Source of the DNA: an uncultured delta proteobacterium
Lineage (GTDB): Bacteria; Myxococcota_A; Polyangia; Polyangiales; Polyangiaceae
Reading direction: 5' to 3'
Assembly: GCA_963782055.1 (NCBI GenBank)
Contig: CAWAIF010000003.1
Span: 3,808,001 to 3,872,000 of the forward strand
DNA length: 64,000 nucleotides
The notes under the pieces were generated by a model, which was not told the origin of the DNA, ran no database searches, and was given only the letters and a program-made list of their open reading frames with translations. This document shows positions 9,401-18,881 of the stretch, in pieces. Made by a program: the position numbers and the translations under genes. Position 1 is the first letter of the stretch. The number at the start of each line of letters is the position of its first letter.

Positions 9401-10195
9401 ATGGGCTCGCTCGTCAATTACCTGACCGACAGGGGGGTCGCCCTCGTCACCCTCAACGACCCCCCGGCCAACGCCTACACGCACGAGATGCTGCGCGAGC
9501 TGGACGCGGCCATCCTGGAGGCGCGGTTCGACAACGACGTGCACGTCATCGTCGTCACCGGGCACGGCGACAAGTTCTTCTGCGCCGGCGCCAACATCAA
9601 CATGCTCAAGGAGGCGGACGAGACCTTCAAGTACTACTTCTGCCTGCACGCCAACGAGACGCTGCTGCGGCTGGAGCACACGCCGAAGCTGGTCATCGCC
9701 GCCCTCAACGGGCACACGGTGGGTGGCGGGCTGGAGATCGCCCTCGCGTGCGATCTGCGGCTGGCGCGCAAGGGCCCCTTCAAGATCGGCCTGCCGGAGG
9801 TGGCGCTGGGGGTGCTCTCCGGCACCGGCGGAACGCAGAGACTGCCGCGCACCATCGGCCGCGGACGGGCCATGGAGCTGATGGTGGAGGGCGGCAACAT
9901 CACCTTCGAGCAGGCGCAGGTCATCGGCCTGGTGCACAAGGTCTGGGAGGCCCCCTCGCACGAGGCCTTCATGACGAAGGTCATGGACTACGCCCACGAG
10001 TACGTGCCGCCGGGGAAGGCCTCGCTCGCGGTGGGACGCATCAAGCGCAGCGTGCTGAGCGGCAGCGAGATGGGGCTGGAGCAGGGCCTCGCGCTGGAGC
10101 GCGAGCTGCAGGCGGAGCTCTTCGCCAGCCACGACGCCAAGGAAGGCCTCGCCGCCTACGTCGAGAAGCGCAAGCCCACCTTCCGCGCGAGGTAG
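9401..10195 (+). CDS. Enoyl-CoA hydratase/isomerase family protein
   Basis: FFCAGANI, GGGLEIALACD and GLPEVALGVLSGTGGTQRL crotonase motifs. Confidence 0.92.
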   Translation: MGSLVNYLTDRGVALVTLNDPPANAYTHEMLRELDAAILEARFDNDVHVIVVTGHGDKFFCAGANINMLKEADETFKYYFCLHANETLLRLEHTPKLVIAALNGHTVGGGLEIALACDLRLARKGPFKIGLPEVALGVLSGTGGTQRLPRTIGRGRAMELMVEGGNITFEQAQVIGLVHKVWEAPSHEAFMTKVMDYAHEYVPPGKASLAVGRIKRSVLSGSEMGLEQGLALERELQAELFASHDAKEGLAAYVEKRKPTFRAR

Positions 10196-10237
10196 CCCTC
10201 GCCCCCTCCCCCTGCGCGGGCGAGGGGAGCAGCGGGG

Positions 10238-11797
10238 TCACAGCATGCGGGCGAAGAGCTTGGCGTAGTGGTCGGCGATGGCCTGACCGCCGAGCTGGCT
10301 GAAGAAGGAGGAGTACGCCATCCACACCGCGAGGCTGTTCAGATCGCGGAAGATGGGCGGCAGGTAGCGCGGAGGCGTCACCACGCCGTCGTGCACGCGC
10401 AGCGCGAGCACCGGCACGTCCTCGTGCGCCACCTTCCCCACGAAGAGGAAGGGGATGAGCTCCACCCTGTTGTGCTGGATGGCGCTGCGGATGAAGGCGT
10501 AGTTGAGGACGATCCCCTTGCAGTAGCAGGCGTCCTTGGTGAAGGGCGCGCCGCCGTCGATGACGCCCCCGCGAAAGATGCGGCTGGCGTTCTGGTAGCA
10601 CTCGTCCTCGTCGTAGCCCTCGGTGCGGAACCACTCGAAGACGTCGATGAAGCTCGCGCCGTCCTCCGCCTTGTCCACCGCGAGCACGCGGTCGTTGAGG
10701 CGGCGGGCGCGGCGGGGGTAGGTGCGGAAGGTGAAGATCTCCAGCAGCGCGGCGAGCCCCTCCTGCACGCTGGTGGTGCGCGGCGGGCCCTTGGCGAGCC
10801 AGCGGGCGACGGTCTGCTGCTGCCCGTTGAGCGACGTGGCGACGTGCACCCAGCCCTCGTGCACCTCCAGGATGTCGATGTCGCGCGGGGAGAAGAAGGC
10901 GCCGGTGCGGATCTTGACGTAGTCGTTGCCCGCGGCGGCGTCGGCGACGATGTTGTCGTCGGCGGAGACGCGCACGGCGGCGTCGGCGAAGTAGGAGGAG
11001 AAGCGGTCGTTCAAGATCTCCGCGCAGTTCTCCGCGCTGATGGTGCGCTCGAACTGCGGGCCGAGGAGCTTCTCGTCGACGTTGGTGAGGATCTCGTAGA
11101 GCAGGTGCCCCAGATCGCGCACGGTGGAGCGGCCGTCGGGGAAGGTGTCCTTGGGCGAGCCGTAGAGCCGCCGTGAGAAGGCGTAGAAGGCGGGCGTGCC
11201 GCGCGCGGCGAGCATGCGCACCACGTCGCGGTACTCCAGCGCGGTCTCCACCATGATGCGGCCGACGTCGTCCTTGCCGAGCTCGCGCTCGATGTCCTGG
11301 GCGATGGCGTCGAACTCGTCGGCCTTCGCGCGCGGGTCGAACCCCAGCTCGATGCCGCCGTAGTACGCGGCGTCCAGGCGCGGCATCTCGCGGAAGCGCG
11401 ACTTGAAGAACGCCTCCTCCACCGCGTTGTCCCAGCGCAGCGCCTGCAGGACGCGCACCGGGCGCTGCCCCTCCACGATGCGCCCGGCGAGCTGGCCCAC
11501 CTTCTCCTTGTAGCTGCGCCACGGCCCGGCGGTGGGGGGCGGGGGGATGGAGGGGACGTCCACCTCCAGGGTGGCGTCAGGATCGCGCGCGTGCTTCTTC
11601 GCGTCCTCGCGGGCCTCGCGCGCGCCACTCTCCTTGGCGCTGCTCTCCCTGGCGCCGCTCTCCTTGGCGCTGCTCTCCCTGGCGCCGTTCTCCCGGGCCT
11701 CCTTCCCCTCCTTCGGGGCCGGCGCGACCGCCTCCTTGGCGGGCTTCTGGCGCTCCTCGTCCGCCTTGTCTGGCATCGAGGGAAATTGTGGCATCAA
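10238..11797 (-). CDS. DUF1704 / QEGLA-motif metallopeptidase (MATCAP-like)
   Basis: HEGWVH (HExxxH), QEGLA and FTKDACY motifs; low-complexity repetitive N-terminus. Confidence 0.85.
   Translation of the reverse strand: MMPQFPSMPDKADEERQKPAKEAVAPAPKEGKEARENGARESSAKESGARESSAKESGAREAREDAKKHARDPDATLEVDVPSIPPPPTAGPWRSYKEKVGQLAGRIVEGQRPVRVLQALRWDNAVEEAFFKSRFREMPRLDAAYYGGIELGFDPRAKADEFDAIAQDIERELGKDDVGRIMVETALEYRDVVRMLAARGTPAFYAFSRRLYGSPKDTFPDGRSTVRDLGHLLYEILTNVDEKLLGPQFERTISAENCAEILNDRFSSYFADAAVRVSADDNIVADAAAGNDYVKIRTGAFFSPRDIDILEVHEGWVHVATSLNGQQQTVARWLAKGPPRTTSVQEGLAALLEIFTFRTYPRRARRLNDRVLAVDKAEDGASFIDVFEWFRTEGYDEDECYQNASRIFRGGVIDGGAPFTKDACYCKGIVLNYAFIRSAIQHNRVELIPFLFVGKVAHEDVPVLALRVHDGVVTPPRYLPPIFRDLNSLAVWMAYSSFFSQLGGQAIADHYAKLFARML
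11621..11695. repeat. 30-bp tandem repeat (about 2.5 copies) encoding ARESSAKESG
   Basis: ctccttggcgctgctctccctggcgcc repeated within the N-terminal coding region of the DUF1704 gene. Confidence 0.8.
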
Positions 11798-11815
11798 ACC
11801 ACGTGTACAATCCAG

Positions 11816-12541
11816 CTAATCGCCGGAGGGCGTCTCGGTCGCCCACCGGGCGAGCGCCGCGGTGACCGGATCGTCGGCGTCGTGGGAGAAGAGCTCGACC
11901 ACCACCGGCCAGGTCTGGTCCGGACGCTCGATCTCCACCCACGCGCGCGCCACCGCCCGCCCTTCCTCCTGCACCACGTGGTGGCCGCGGCGTGTGGGGG
12001 TCGCGCCCTCCAGCGCGAGGGTGGCCATGCGCAGGCGCGCCGCCAGGAGCATCGGCAGGGCGTCGGGCTCGCCGGCGAAGCCGCGCATGCCCAGGCGGTA
12101 GCGCTCGCGCACCTGCGGCGGCAGCAGCTTGCGCTCCGCCGTCACCGCCTGCGCCCACGCCACGCGCGCGTCGATCCGTCCATCCGGCGCGAGCGGCAGC
12201 ACGGCGAGGTCCACCGCGTCGGACCACACGTCCTCCGGCGCGGCCTCCGGGCCGCCGGGCGCGGTGATCACCGCGACACGCAGGGTGCGGTCGCCGCCCA
12301 GCACGCCGTCCGCTTCCACCACCATCTGGTAGGCGGACTCCCCGGACTCCTTCTCCACGCGCCGGAGCTGCTCCTCGAAGACCATGTCGCCCAGCATCGC
12401 GACGTCGGCGGGCGTCACCGGATCGCTCGGCGTGGCCGGCATCGCGATGCGCACGCGCGTATCCGAGCAGCGGCGGCAGACCAGATCGTCGGCCTCGCAG
12501 GGCTCACCGCAGCGCGCGCAGGGAGTCGGCTGTGCATTCAT
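11816..12541 (-). CDS. Hypothetical protein with an N-terminal Zn-ribbon-like motif
   Basis: CARC...CRRC at the N-terminus; lies between moxR and DUF1704 on the same strand; start uncertain. Confidence 0.6.
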   Translation of the reverse strand: MNAQPTPCARCGEPCEADDLVCRRCSDTRVRIAMPATPSDPVTPADVAMLGDMVFEEQLRRVEKESGESAYQMVVEADGVLGGDRTLRVAVITAPGGPEAAPEDVWSDAVDLAVLPLAPDGRIDARVAWAQAVTAERKLLPPQVRERYRLGMRGFAGEPDALPMLLAARLRMATLALEGATPTRRGHHVVQEEGRAVARAWVEIERPDQTWPVVVELFSHDADDPVTAALARWATETPSGD

Positions 12542-12616
12542 GGTGAACGCGCCGAGCGCACCGCCCGGCCAGTCTCTCACTATCGCACGGGCCCTTCGGC
12601 TTTCCAATCCCGCTTT

Positions 12617-13694
12617 TCAGACGGCCGACGCTGCCGCTGCTGCCACCTTCGCCAGGACGTCGGTCTCCTTCACGCCGTCGCTCTCGGCCCGGTAGGAGAG
12701 CACCAGCCTGTGGCGGAGCACCGGCAGCACCAGGGCGCGGATGTCGCCGACGTCGGCCGCGGCCTCGCCGCGGAGGGCCGCGCGGGCCTTGGCGGCCAGG
12801 ACCAGGGCCTGCGAGCCGCGGGGGCCGGCGCCGAAGCGGACGTAGCGCTGGACCTCGTCCACGACCTTCTCGCCGCCGCTCCCCTGGGGGCGGGTTGCCC
12901 TGGCGAGGGCCACCGCGAGCTTCACCGCCTGCGGGGTCACCGGGATGCGGGGGACGAGGTCTTGCAGGGCGCGGACCTCGTCGCCGTGGAGCACGCGAGG
13001 AACCTCGCCCTGGACGGCCCCCGTCGTCCGGCGGGCGATCTCTTCTTCTTCTTCTCGGGAGGGGTAGCCGACGTGGACCTCCAGCAGGAAGCGGTCGAGC
13101 TGGGCCTCCGGCAGAGGATAGGTGCCTTCCTGTTCAATGGGGTTTCGCGTGGCGAACACCAGGAACGGCTCGGGCAGCAGGTGGGTCTCGGTGCCGACAG
13201 TCACCCGCCGCTCCTGCATGGCCTGGAGCAGCGCGGCCTGGGTCTTGGGCGGGGTCCGGTTGATCTCGTCCGCCAGGACCAGGTGGTGGAAGATCGGCCC
13301 CGGCAGGAAGCGGACCCGGCGGCGGAGGTTTCCCTGGGGATCGTCTTCCTCGTGCAGCACGTCGGTGCCGGTGATGTCCGCCGGCAAGAGATCGGGGGTG
13401 AACTGGACGCGGCCGAAGCTCAGAATCCAGCGCCTGGGCCAGGGTGCTCACCAGCAGGGTCTTGGCCAGGCCGGGCACGCCCACCAGCAGGGCGTGTCCG
13501 CGCGCCAAAAGGGCCACCAGCATGAGGTCGATGACCTCCGACTGGCCCACCACCCGGGCGCCGACGGCCTCGTGCAGGGCGTCGTGGGCCTGCTTCGCCT
13601 TCTCCAGCAGGGCCTCGTCATCGGGGACCGAGGAGGCGACCTCGCGGCGCGGCGAGGTCGCTGATTTGTCGGCGTCTTCGGCGTCTTGCGTCAC
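12617..13694 (-). pseudogene. moxR: MoxR-family AAA+ ATPase with a +1 frameshift near 13424 (true pseudogene or sequencing error)
   Basis: N-half [13 protein letters not shown] (Walker A) and C-half [22 protein letters not shown]...[23 protein letters not shown] lie in different frames. Removing one base at 13424 restores [21 protein letters not shown]. Confidence 0.88.
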
Positions 13695-13819
13695 TTGCTC
13701 CACGTTTCGCACGAAGTTCGGGCCTTGGCCAGCGCCGCGTCGCCTCGGTCGGGCTGCCCCCCAGCTCGACCGGAGAGCGACCGCACGCCGAGAAAAGGTC
13801 GTGAATTGCCCGGAGGCCG

Positions 13820-14068
13820 GTGAGCGTGTATTTGCACCCCGTGCAAGCCCCCCCGGCATCCTCGAGCGCCGCCGCGCCCCCCCCGGCCGCGCCGGAGGCC
13901 ACCGAGGTGGTCATCCGGCCCCACGGCCTCGCGCACGGCCGGTGGGAGGCCCCCGCCTGGAGTTTCTACGTCGCCGGCGGGCTGGTGGTCGTTGGCGCCC
14001 TCACGTACGCCCTGCTCCGCCTCCTCGCCGTGCGCCGCGGGCACCACCCTTCCGGAGGGCGCACGTGA
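13820..14068 (+). CDS. Small membrane protein, hypothetical
   Basis: Single hydrophobic helix; TGATG coupling to the next gene. Confidence 0.55.
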   Translation: MSVYLHPVQAPPASSSAAAPPPAAPEATEVVIRPHGLAHGRWEAPAWSFYVAGGLVVVGALTYALLRLLAVRRGHHPSGGRT

Positions 14069-15057
14069 TGGCGCAGGACGTGGCCGTGGAGGTGCCGCCG
14101 CCCCGCAAGCGCGTGGGCCTGAACCGCGTGCTGGTGGTGATGATGCTCGCGGTCCTGCTCTACGCAGGCTTCGCCATCTACAGCGGCCCGGGGAAGCTGC
14201 GCGCCGACCTCGGCCACTTCGAGTGGTCGGCCTTCGTCATGGCCTGCGGCCTGGCGTTTTCCAACTACGTGCTGCGGTTCCTCAAGTGGGAGTTTTACCT
14301 GGCGCGGCTGGGCATCAAGAACGTGGGCAAGCTGGACAGCTTCCTCACCTTCCTCTCCGGCTTCGTGTTGACCATCTCGCCGGGGAAGGTCGGGGAGGTC
14401 TTCAAGTCGCTCGTCCTCTTCGAGACCCACCACGTGCCCATGGCGCGCACCGCGCCCATCGTGGTGGCCGAGCGCATCACCGATCTCATCGGCATCATCG
14501 TGCTCATCGTCATCGGGTCGCTGGGCTTCGCCGGGGGGCTGCTGCCGGCGGCGGTGGGCGGCGGGCTCGTCCTCGCGCTGCTGGTGGTCATCGCATCGCG
14601 CACGCTCTCCATGGGCATCATCAGGCTCGTCGCGCGCCTGCCGGGCCCCTTCCAGCGCCTCGCCCCCAAGCTGGAGGTGGCGTACGAGAGCCTCACGGTG
14701 CTGGTGAAGCCGGTGAACCTGATCTGGCCCACCATCCTGTCCATCGCCGCGTGGTCCCTCGAGTGCCTGGCGCTGGCGGTGATCCTCCGCGGCTTCGGCG
14801 AGCACGTGCCGATCACGCTCTCCATCTTCTTCTACGCCACCAGCACCCTGGCCGGCGCGGTCCTCCCCGGCGGCCTGGGCGTGACGGAGGCGGGCCTGCG
14901 CCAGCAGATGGTGGACGTCGGGCACGTCGGGGCGACCACCAGCACCGCGGCGATGATGCTCGTCCGCTTCGCGACGCTCTGGTTCGCCGTCGCCGTGGGC
15001 TTCATCGCGCTCTTCGCGCTCAAGCGGCGCTACCGCGGCCTGCTGTCCTCGTCCTGA
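14068..15057 (+). CDS. Lysylphosphatidylglycerol synthase TM / flippase-like protein (UPF0104)
   Basis: NYVLRFLKWEFYL, ISPGKVGEVFKS, PGGLGVTEA and RFATLWF motifs; multiple TM helices. Confidence 0.88.
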   Translation: MAQDVAVEVPPPRKRVGLNRVLVVMMLAVLLYAGFAIYSGPGKLRADLGHFEWSAFVMACGLAFSNYVLRFLKWEFYLARLGIKNVGKLDSFLTFLSGFVLTISPGKVGEVFKSLVLFETHHVPMARTAPIVVAERITDLIGIIVLIVIGSLGFAGGLLPAAVGGGLVLALLVVIASRTLSMGIIRLVARLPGPFQRLAPKLEVAYESLTVLVKPVNLIWPTILSIAAWSLECLALAVILRGFGEHVPITLSIFFYATSTLAGAVLPGGLGVTEAGLRQQMVDVGHVGATTSTAAMMLVRFATLWFAVAVGFIALFALKRRYRGLLSSS

Positions 15058-16034
15058 CGCAGCGTCTGCAGCGCGGCGGCGAAGTCCGCGGGGGGCGGCG
15101 CCTCGAAGCGCATGGGCTCGCCCGTCGTCGGGTGGACGAAACCCAGCACGCGCGCGTGCAGCGCCTGGTGACCGAGCGCCCGCGCGACGGCGCGCAGCGT
15201 CGGATCGCGCGGGGGCTTGCCGTAGAGGGGATCCCCCAGCACCGGCGTGCCCGCCTCGGCGAGGTGGACGCGGATCTGGTGGGTGCGCCCGGTCTCCAGC
15301 CGGCAGGTGACCAGGCTCGCGCGGCCGCCCGCGAGCACCTCGCACACTTCCACGTGGGTGACGGCCGTCTTGCCGGTCGCCACGTGGGTGGTGAAGCGCA
15401 GGCGGTCGCGGGGGTGACGCCCGTGCAGGGAGCGGATGGTGCCGGCGCGCGCCCGGCCCGCGGTGATGGCGTCGTACGCGCGCTCGATGGAGTGCTCGGC
15501 GAACTGCCGCTTGAGCGCCTCGCGCGCCGTGGCGGTGCGGGCGACCACCATCACCCCGCTCGTGCCCTTGTCCAGGCGGTGCACGATCCCCGGTCGGGCG
15601 TGCCCGCCGTCCCCCTCTTCCAGGTCCTCCAGGCGGAAGTAGCCGCGGGCGAGCAGGCCGTGGACGAGGGTGCCCGTCTCGTGGCCGCGCGCCGGGTGCA
15701 CCACCAGCCCCGGCGGCTTGACCAGCACCACCAGCGCGTCGTCGGCGTAGAGCTCCTCGAAGACCACGCTCGCGTCCGGCGCGACGTCGGTGGCGCGCGG
15801 CGGCATCGGCCGCACCTCCACCCGCGCTCCCTCCCGCACCGCGTCCTTCGCGCGGCGCACCGCGCCGTCCACCGTCACCCGCCCGGCGTCTATCCAGCGC
15901 TGCAGCTCGGCGCGCGAGGGGGCCTCCGCCATGCCCGCCAGCGCGCCGGCGAGGAAGCGGTCCAGCCGCTGCCCCGCGGCCTGCCGGGAGACGACGAGGG
16001 AGAGGGGCGGCGCGACCGGCCCGCGGGCTACCAG
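15030..16034 (-). CDS. RluA/RluD-family pseudouridine synthase
   Basis: S4 domain GQRLDRFLA, KPPGLVVHP, RPGIVHRLDKGTSG and LETGRTHQIRVH. Start uncertain (CTG 16034 or ATG near 15932). Confidence 0.92.
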   Translation of the reverse strand: MVARGPVAPPLSLVVSRQAAGQRLDRFLAGALAGMAEAPSRAELQRWIDAGRVTVDGAVRRAKDAVREGARVEVRPMPPRATDVAPDASVVFEELYADDALVVLVKPPGLVVHPARGHETGTLVHGLLARGYFRLEDLEEGDGGHARPGIVHRLDKGTSGVMVVARTATAREALKRQFAEHSIERAYDAITAGRARAGTIRSLHGRHPRDRLRFTTHVATGKTAVTHVEVCEVLAGGRASLVTCRLETGRTHQIRVHLAEAGTPVLGDPLYGKPPRDPTLRAVARALGHQALHARVLGFVHPTTGEPMRFEAPPPADFAAALQTLRQDEDSRPR

Positions 16035-16291
16035 AGGCGGGACTTGATGTGCCCCTTCGCCTTGATCAGGATGTCGACGAGGGCGCGGTCGTAGAAGTTG
16101 CGGGGGTAGAGGTCCGGCGAGACGCGCCGCTTGAACAGGGCGCGGCCCTCCTCGATCTCCTCGGCGATCGTCTCGAAGAGGTTGTCGTGCGTGATGCCCT
16201 GCACGATCTTGTCCTCGTTGTAGAGCGACAGGTCGCTGGCGATGGCACGGGCCAGGCGACGGGCGGCTTCCTCGGTCTCGATGAGGGGCAT
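16028..16291 (-). CDS. romX: RomX, component of the RomR/RomX GEF for the MglA polarity GTPase
   Basis: 87 aa ARRLARAIASDLSLYNEDKI...GI..DNLFE...EIEEGR.L...RVS...NFYDRAL.DI....K.H.KS.LW closely matches myxobacterial RomX as I recall it; GGAGG RBS. Confidence 0.85.
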   Translation of the reverse strand: MPLIETEEAARRLARAIASDLSLYNEDKIVQGITHDNLFETIAEEIEEGRALFKRRVSPDLYPRNFYDRALVDILIKAKGHIKSRLW

Positions 16292-16310
16292 CGCAGATCC
16301 TCCAGAGCGC

Positions 16311-16340
16311 AGTATCTCGAATGCCGAGGCTCCCCGTCAA
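16311..16340 (-). promoter_or_regulatory. Candidate sigma70 promoter for romX
   Basis: Minus strand TTGACG (16335-16340), 18-nt spacer, GATACT (16311-16316). Confidence 0.4.
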
Positions 16341-16403
16341 CTTGCGGTCCGAAGTCCGCTTGGCCTCGGCTTCGGCCCCGCTTTTTGCTAATCCTCAGCG
16401 CGG

Positions 16404-18254
16404 ATGACCGAACCGCGCACGCTTGCCCAGGCCGTCGAGGACGCCGCCCAGTGCGACCCCACGCGGGGCTTCCGCTTCGTCCCGGAGACGGGCGTTCCGG
16501 GCCTCACCGGCAACCACGACACGAGCGAGGCCTCCTTCTCGTATACCGCCATCGAGCGCGCGAGCGCCCGGTACGGCGGGGCGCTGCAGGCGCTCGGGCT
16601 GAAGAAGGGAGACCGCGTCGCGCTCATCCTCCCCACCAACGAGGACTTCGTCCTCTGCTTCTTCGGCGCGCTGCGCGCCGGGATCATCCCGGTGCCCATC
16701 TACCCCCCGCTCGGGCTGGGGCAGCTCCAGGGCTACCTGGACAACACCCGCCACATCGTCGCCAAGAGCGGCGCCAAGGCGCTGGTGACCGACTCCAAGA
16801 TCAAGCGGTTGCTCGGCACCGTGCAGGCCTCCTGCCCGGCGCTGGACCAGGTGGTGGCGGTGGAGGCCATCCGCGAGTCGCTGGAGACGCTCAAGCCGGT
16901 GAAGGTCGGGCTGGACGACATCGCCTTCCTCCAGTTCACCAGCGGCTCCACCTCCCGGCCGAAGGGCGTGACGCTCACCCACGCCAACCTCGCCGCCAAC
17001 ATGACGTGCATCATGCACGACGGCCTGCGCTCGACGGAGAGCGACGTGGGCGTCTCGTGGCTGCCGCTCTACCACGACATGGGGCTCATCGGCTTCGTGC
17101 TGGCGCCGCTCTACTTCAAGCGGCCGGTGGTCTTCCTCCCTCCCCTGCTCTTCCTCAAGCGGCCGGCCTCCTGGCTGCAGACCGTCTCCCGCCACAAGGG
17201 CACCATCGCCTACGGGCCCAACTTCGCCTACGCGCTGTGCGTGAAGCGCATCAAGGCGCGGGAGATGGAGGGCGTGGACCTCTCCAGCTGGCGCGTGGCC
17301 GGGTGCGGCGCCGAGCCCATCCGCCCGGAGACGCTGGAGACCTTCTGCGAGACCTTCGCGCGGTACGGCTTCCGCAAGGAGGCGATACTCCCGTCCTACG
17401 GCATGGCGGAGTCGTCGCTCGCCATCTGCTTCAGCGAGCTGGGCGCGGGGATGAAGACCGTCACCGTCGACGCGACGAAGCTCTGGGGCGAGGGCAAGGC
17501 GGTGGCGGTGGCGGACGACACCGAGGGCGCGGTGCGCGTCGTCTCCTGCGGCAAGGAGTTCCCCCTGCACACCATCCGCGTCTTCGCCCCCGACGACGCG
17601 ACGAGCGCCACCCCGCTGCCCGACGGCACCGTCGGCGAGCTGCGCCTGGCCGGCCCGAGCGTGATGAAGGGCTACTGGGAGGACACCGAGCGCACGCGCG
17701 AGGCCTTCGCCGGGGACTACCTCAAGACGGGCGACCTCGGCTTCGTCGAGGACGGCCGCGTCTACATCTGCGGGCGCTCCAAGGAGGTCATCATCCTCAA
17801 CGGGCGCAACTACTACCCGCAGGACATGGAGTGGGAGGTCGGCAAGGTCGTGGGCGTTCGCAAGGGCAACGTCATCGCCTTCGGCGCGAAGGACCCCTCC
17901 GGCATCGAGGTCGATCGCGAGCGGGTGGTGGTGGCCTTCGAGGCGCAGGACGCGCGGGACCTGGAGCGCCCGGAGCGGGTGCGCGAGCTCAGCCAGGCGG
18001 TTCGCAAGGCGGTGCAGGAGGGCATGGCCCTGACGCTGGACGACGTCGTCCCGCTGGGGCCGGGCGTCCTGCCCAAGACCTCCAGCGGCAAGCTGCAGCG
18101 GGCCAAGACACGCGAGCTCTACGAGAAGGGGGAGCTCGCCCTGCGCAAGAGCGCCAGGGAGGCCACCCGGCTGGACGTGGTGAAGGAGGCGGCCAGGAGC
18201 CAGCTGTCCTATTTCAAGCTCGCGGTGCTCGGCGGAAGGAAGAAGAAGGAGTGA
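16404..18254 (+). CDS. Fatty acyl-AMP ligase (FAAL)
   Basis: FLQFTSGSTSRPKGV, SWLPLYHDMGLIG, YGMAES, TGDLG, GRNYYPQD and LPKTSSGKLQR. Confidence 0.92.
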   Translation: MTEPRTLAQAVEDAAQCDPTRGFRFVPETGVPGLTGNHDTSEASFSYTAIERASARYGGALQALGLKKGDRVALILPTNEDFVLCFFGALRAGIIPVPIYPPLGLGQLQGYLDNTRHIVAKSGAKALVTDSKIKRLLGTVQASCPALDQVVAVEAIRESLETLKPVKVGLDDIAFLQFTSGSTSRPKGVTLTHANLAANMTCIMHDGLRSTESDVGVSWLPLYHDMGLIGFVLAPLYFKRPVVFLPPLLFLKRPASWLQTVSRHKGTIAYGPNFAYALCVKRIKAREMEGVDLSSWRVAGCGAEPIRPETLETFCETFARYGFRKEAILPSYGMAESSLAICFSELGAGMKTVTVDATKLWGEGKAVAVADDTEGAVRVVSCGKEFPLHTIRVFAPDDATSATPLPDGTVGELRLAGPSVMKGYWEDTERTREAFAGDYLKTGDLGFVEDGRVYICGRSKEVIILNGRNYYPQDMEWEVGKVVGVRKGNVIAFGAKDPSGIEVDRERVVVAFEAQDARDLERPERVRELSQAVRKAVQEGMALTLDDVVPLGPGVLPKTSSGKLQRAKTRELYEKGELALRKSAREATRLDVVKEAARSQLSYFKLAVLGGRKKKE

Positions 18255-18292
18255 GGCCGGGCGGCCTTTCCAGAAAAAGAGGCCCGGGGGTC

Positions 18293-18321
18293 TTGCAGTT
18301 TAGAAATATTCTCATTAGCTT
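18293..18321 (+). promoter_or_regulatory. Sigma70 promoter with a Fur/Per-box-like operator in the spacer
   Basis: TTGCAG (18293-18298), 17-nt spacer, TAGCTT (18316-18321). 7-1-7 imperfect palindrome TTAGAAA-T-ATTCTCA at 18300-18314; an AT-rich island in GC-rich DNA. Confidence 0.7.
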
Positions 18322-18330
18322 CCCTCTCCG

Positions 18331-18813
18331 ATGAAGCGCGTGGCCTCTCACGAAGAGAAGACACCCCGGCGGCCCGCCGGCGCCCCCGAGGCGATGCTCG
18401 CGGACCTCCGCGCGCGGGGGCTGCGCATCACCCCCCAGCGCATCGCCATCGTGAAGCTCTTCGCCGGCGCCAGGACTCACCCGACGGCCCAGGACATCTT
18501 CGAGCGTCTCCACGCCGACTTCCCGTCGATGAGCTTCGCCACGGTCTACAACACGCTCGAGGCGCTCACCCAGGCGGGCCTCTCCAGCACCCTGCGGCTC
18601 GGCGGGGCCGCCCGCTTCGATCCCAACACCGCCCCCCACCACCACGCCGTGTGCGATCGCTGCGGCGCCGTGGTGGACGTACCCGTCGCCACGCTGCAGG
18701 CGAGCGAGGCGGGCGCCCGGCGCGTCCACAAGGTCGCCCCCGGCTTCGCGGTGCGCTCGGTCGAGCGCGTCTACCGCGGTCTTTGCGCCCGCTGCGCGCG
18801 CGGCGGCGACTGA
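18331..18813 (+). CDS. perR: Fur-family regulator, PerR-like
   Basis: GLRITPQR, HPTA, SFATVYNTL, HHHAVCDRCG and GLCARC; upstream of rubrerythrin. Confidence 0.8.
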   Translation: MKRVASHEEKTPRRPAGAPEAMLADLRARGLRITPQRIAIVKLFAGARTHPTAQDIFERLHADFPSMSFATVYNTLEALTQAGLSSTLRLGGAARFDPNTAPHHHAVCDRCGAVVDVPVATLQASEAGARRVHKVAPGFAVRSVERVYRGLCARCARGGD

Positions 18814-18881
18814 GCCCCTCGAAGATCCCACCCGGGCCGCCCGGCCCGGCACCGATGTCGCAACAGAAGGAGAATGAATCG

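Noticed and set aside
10196..10237. Hairpin between convergent genes as an intrinsic terminator or REP element
   Set aside because: An inverted repeat (ccctcgccc/gggcgaggg) is present, but it has no U-tract and I saw no second copy in the window.
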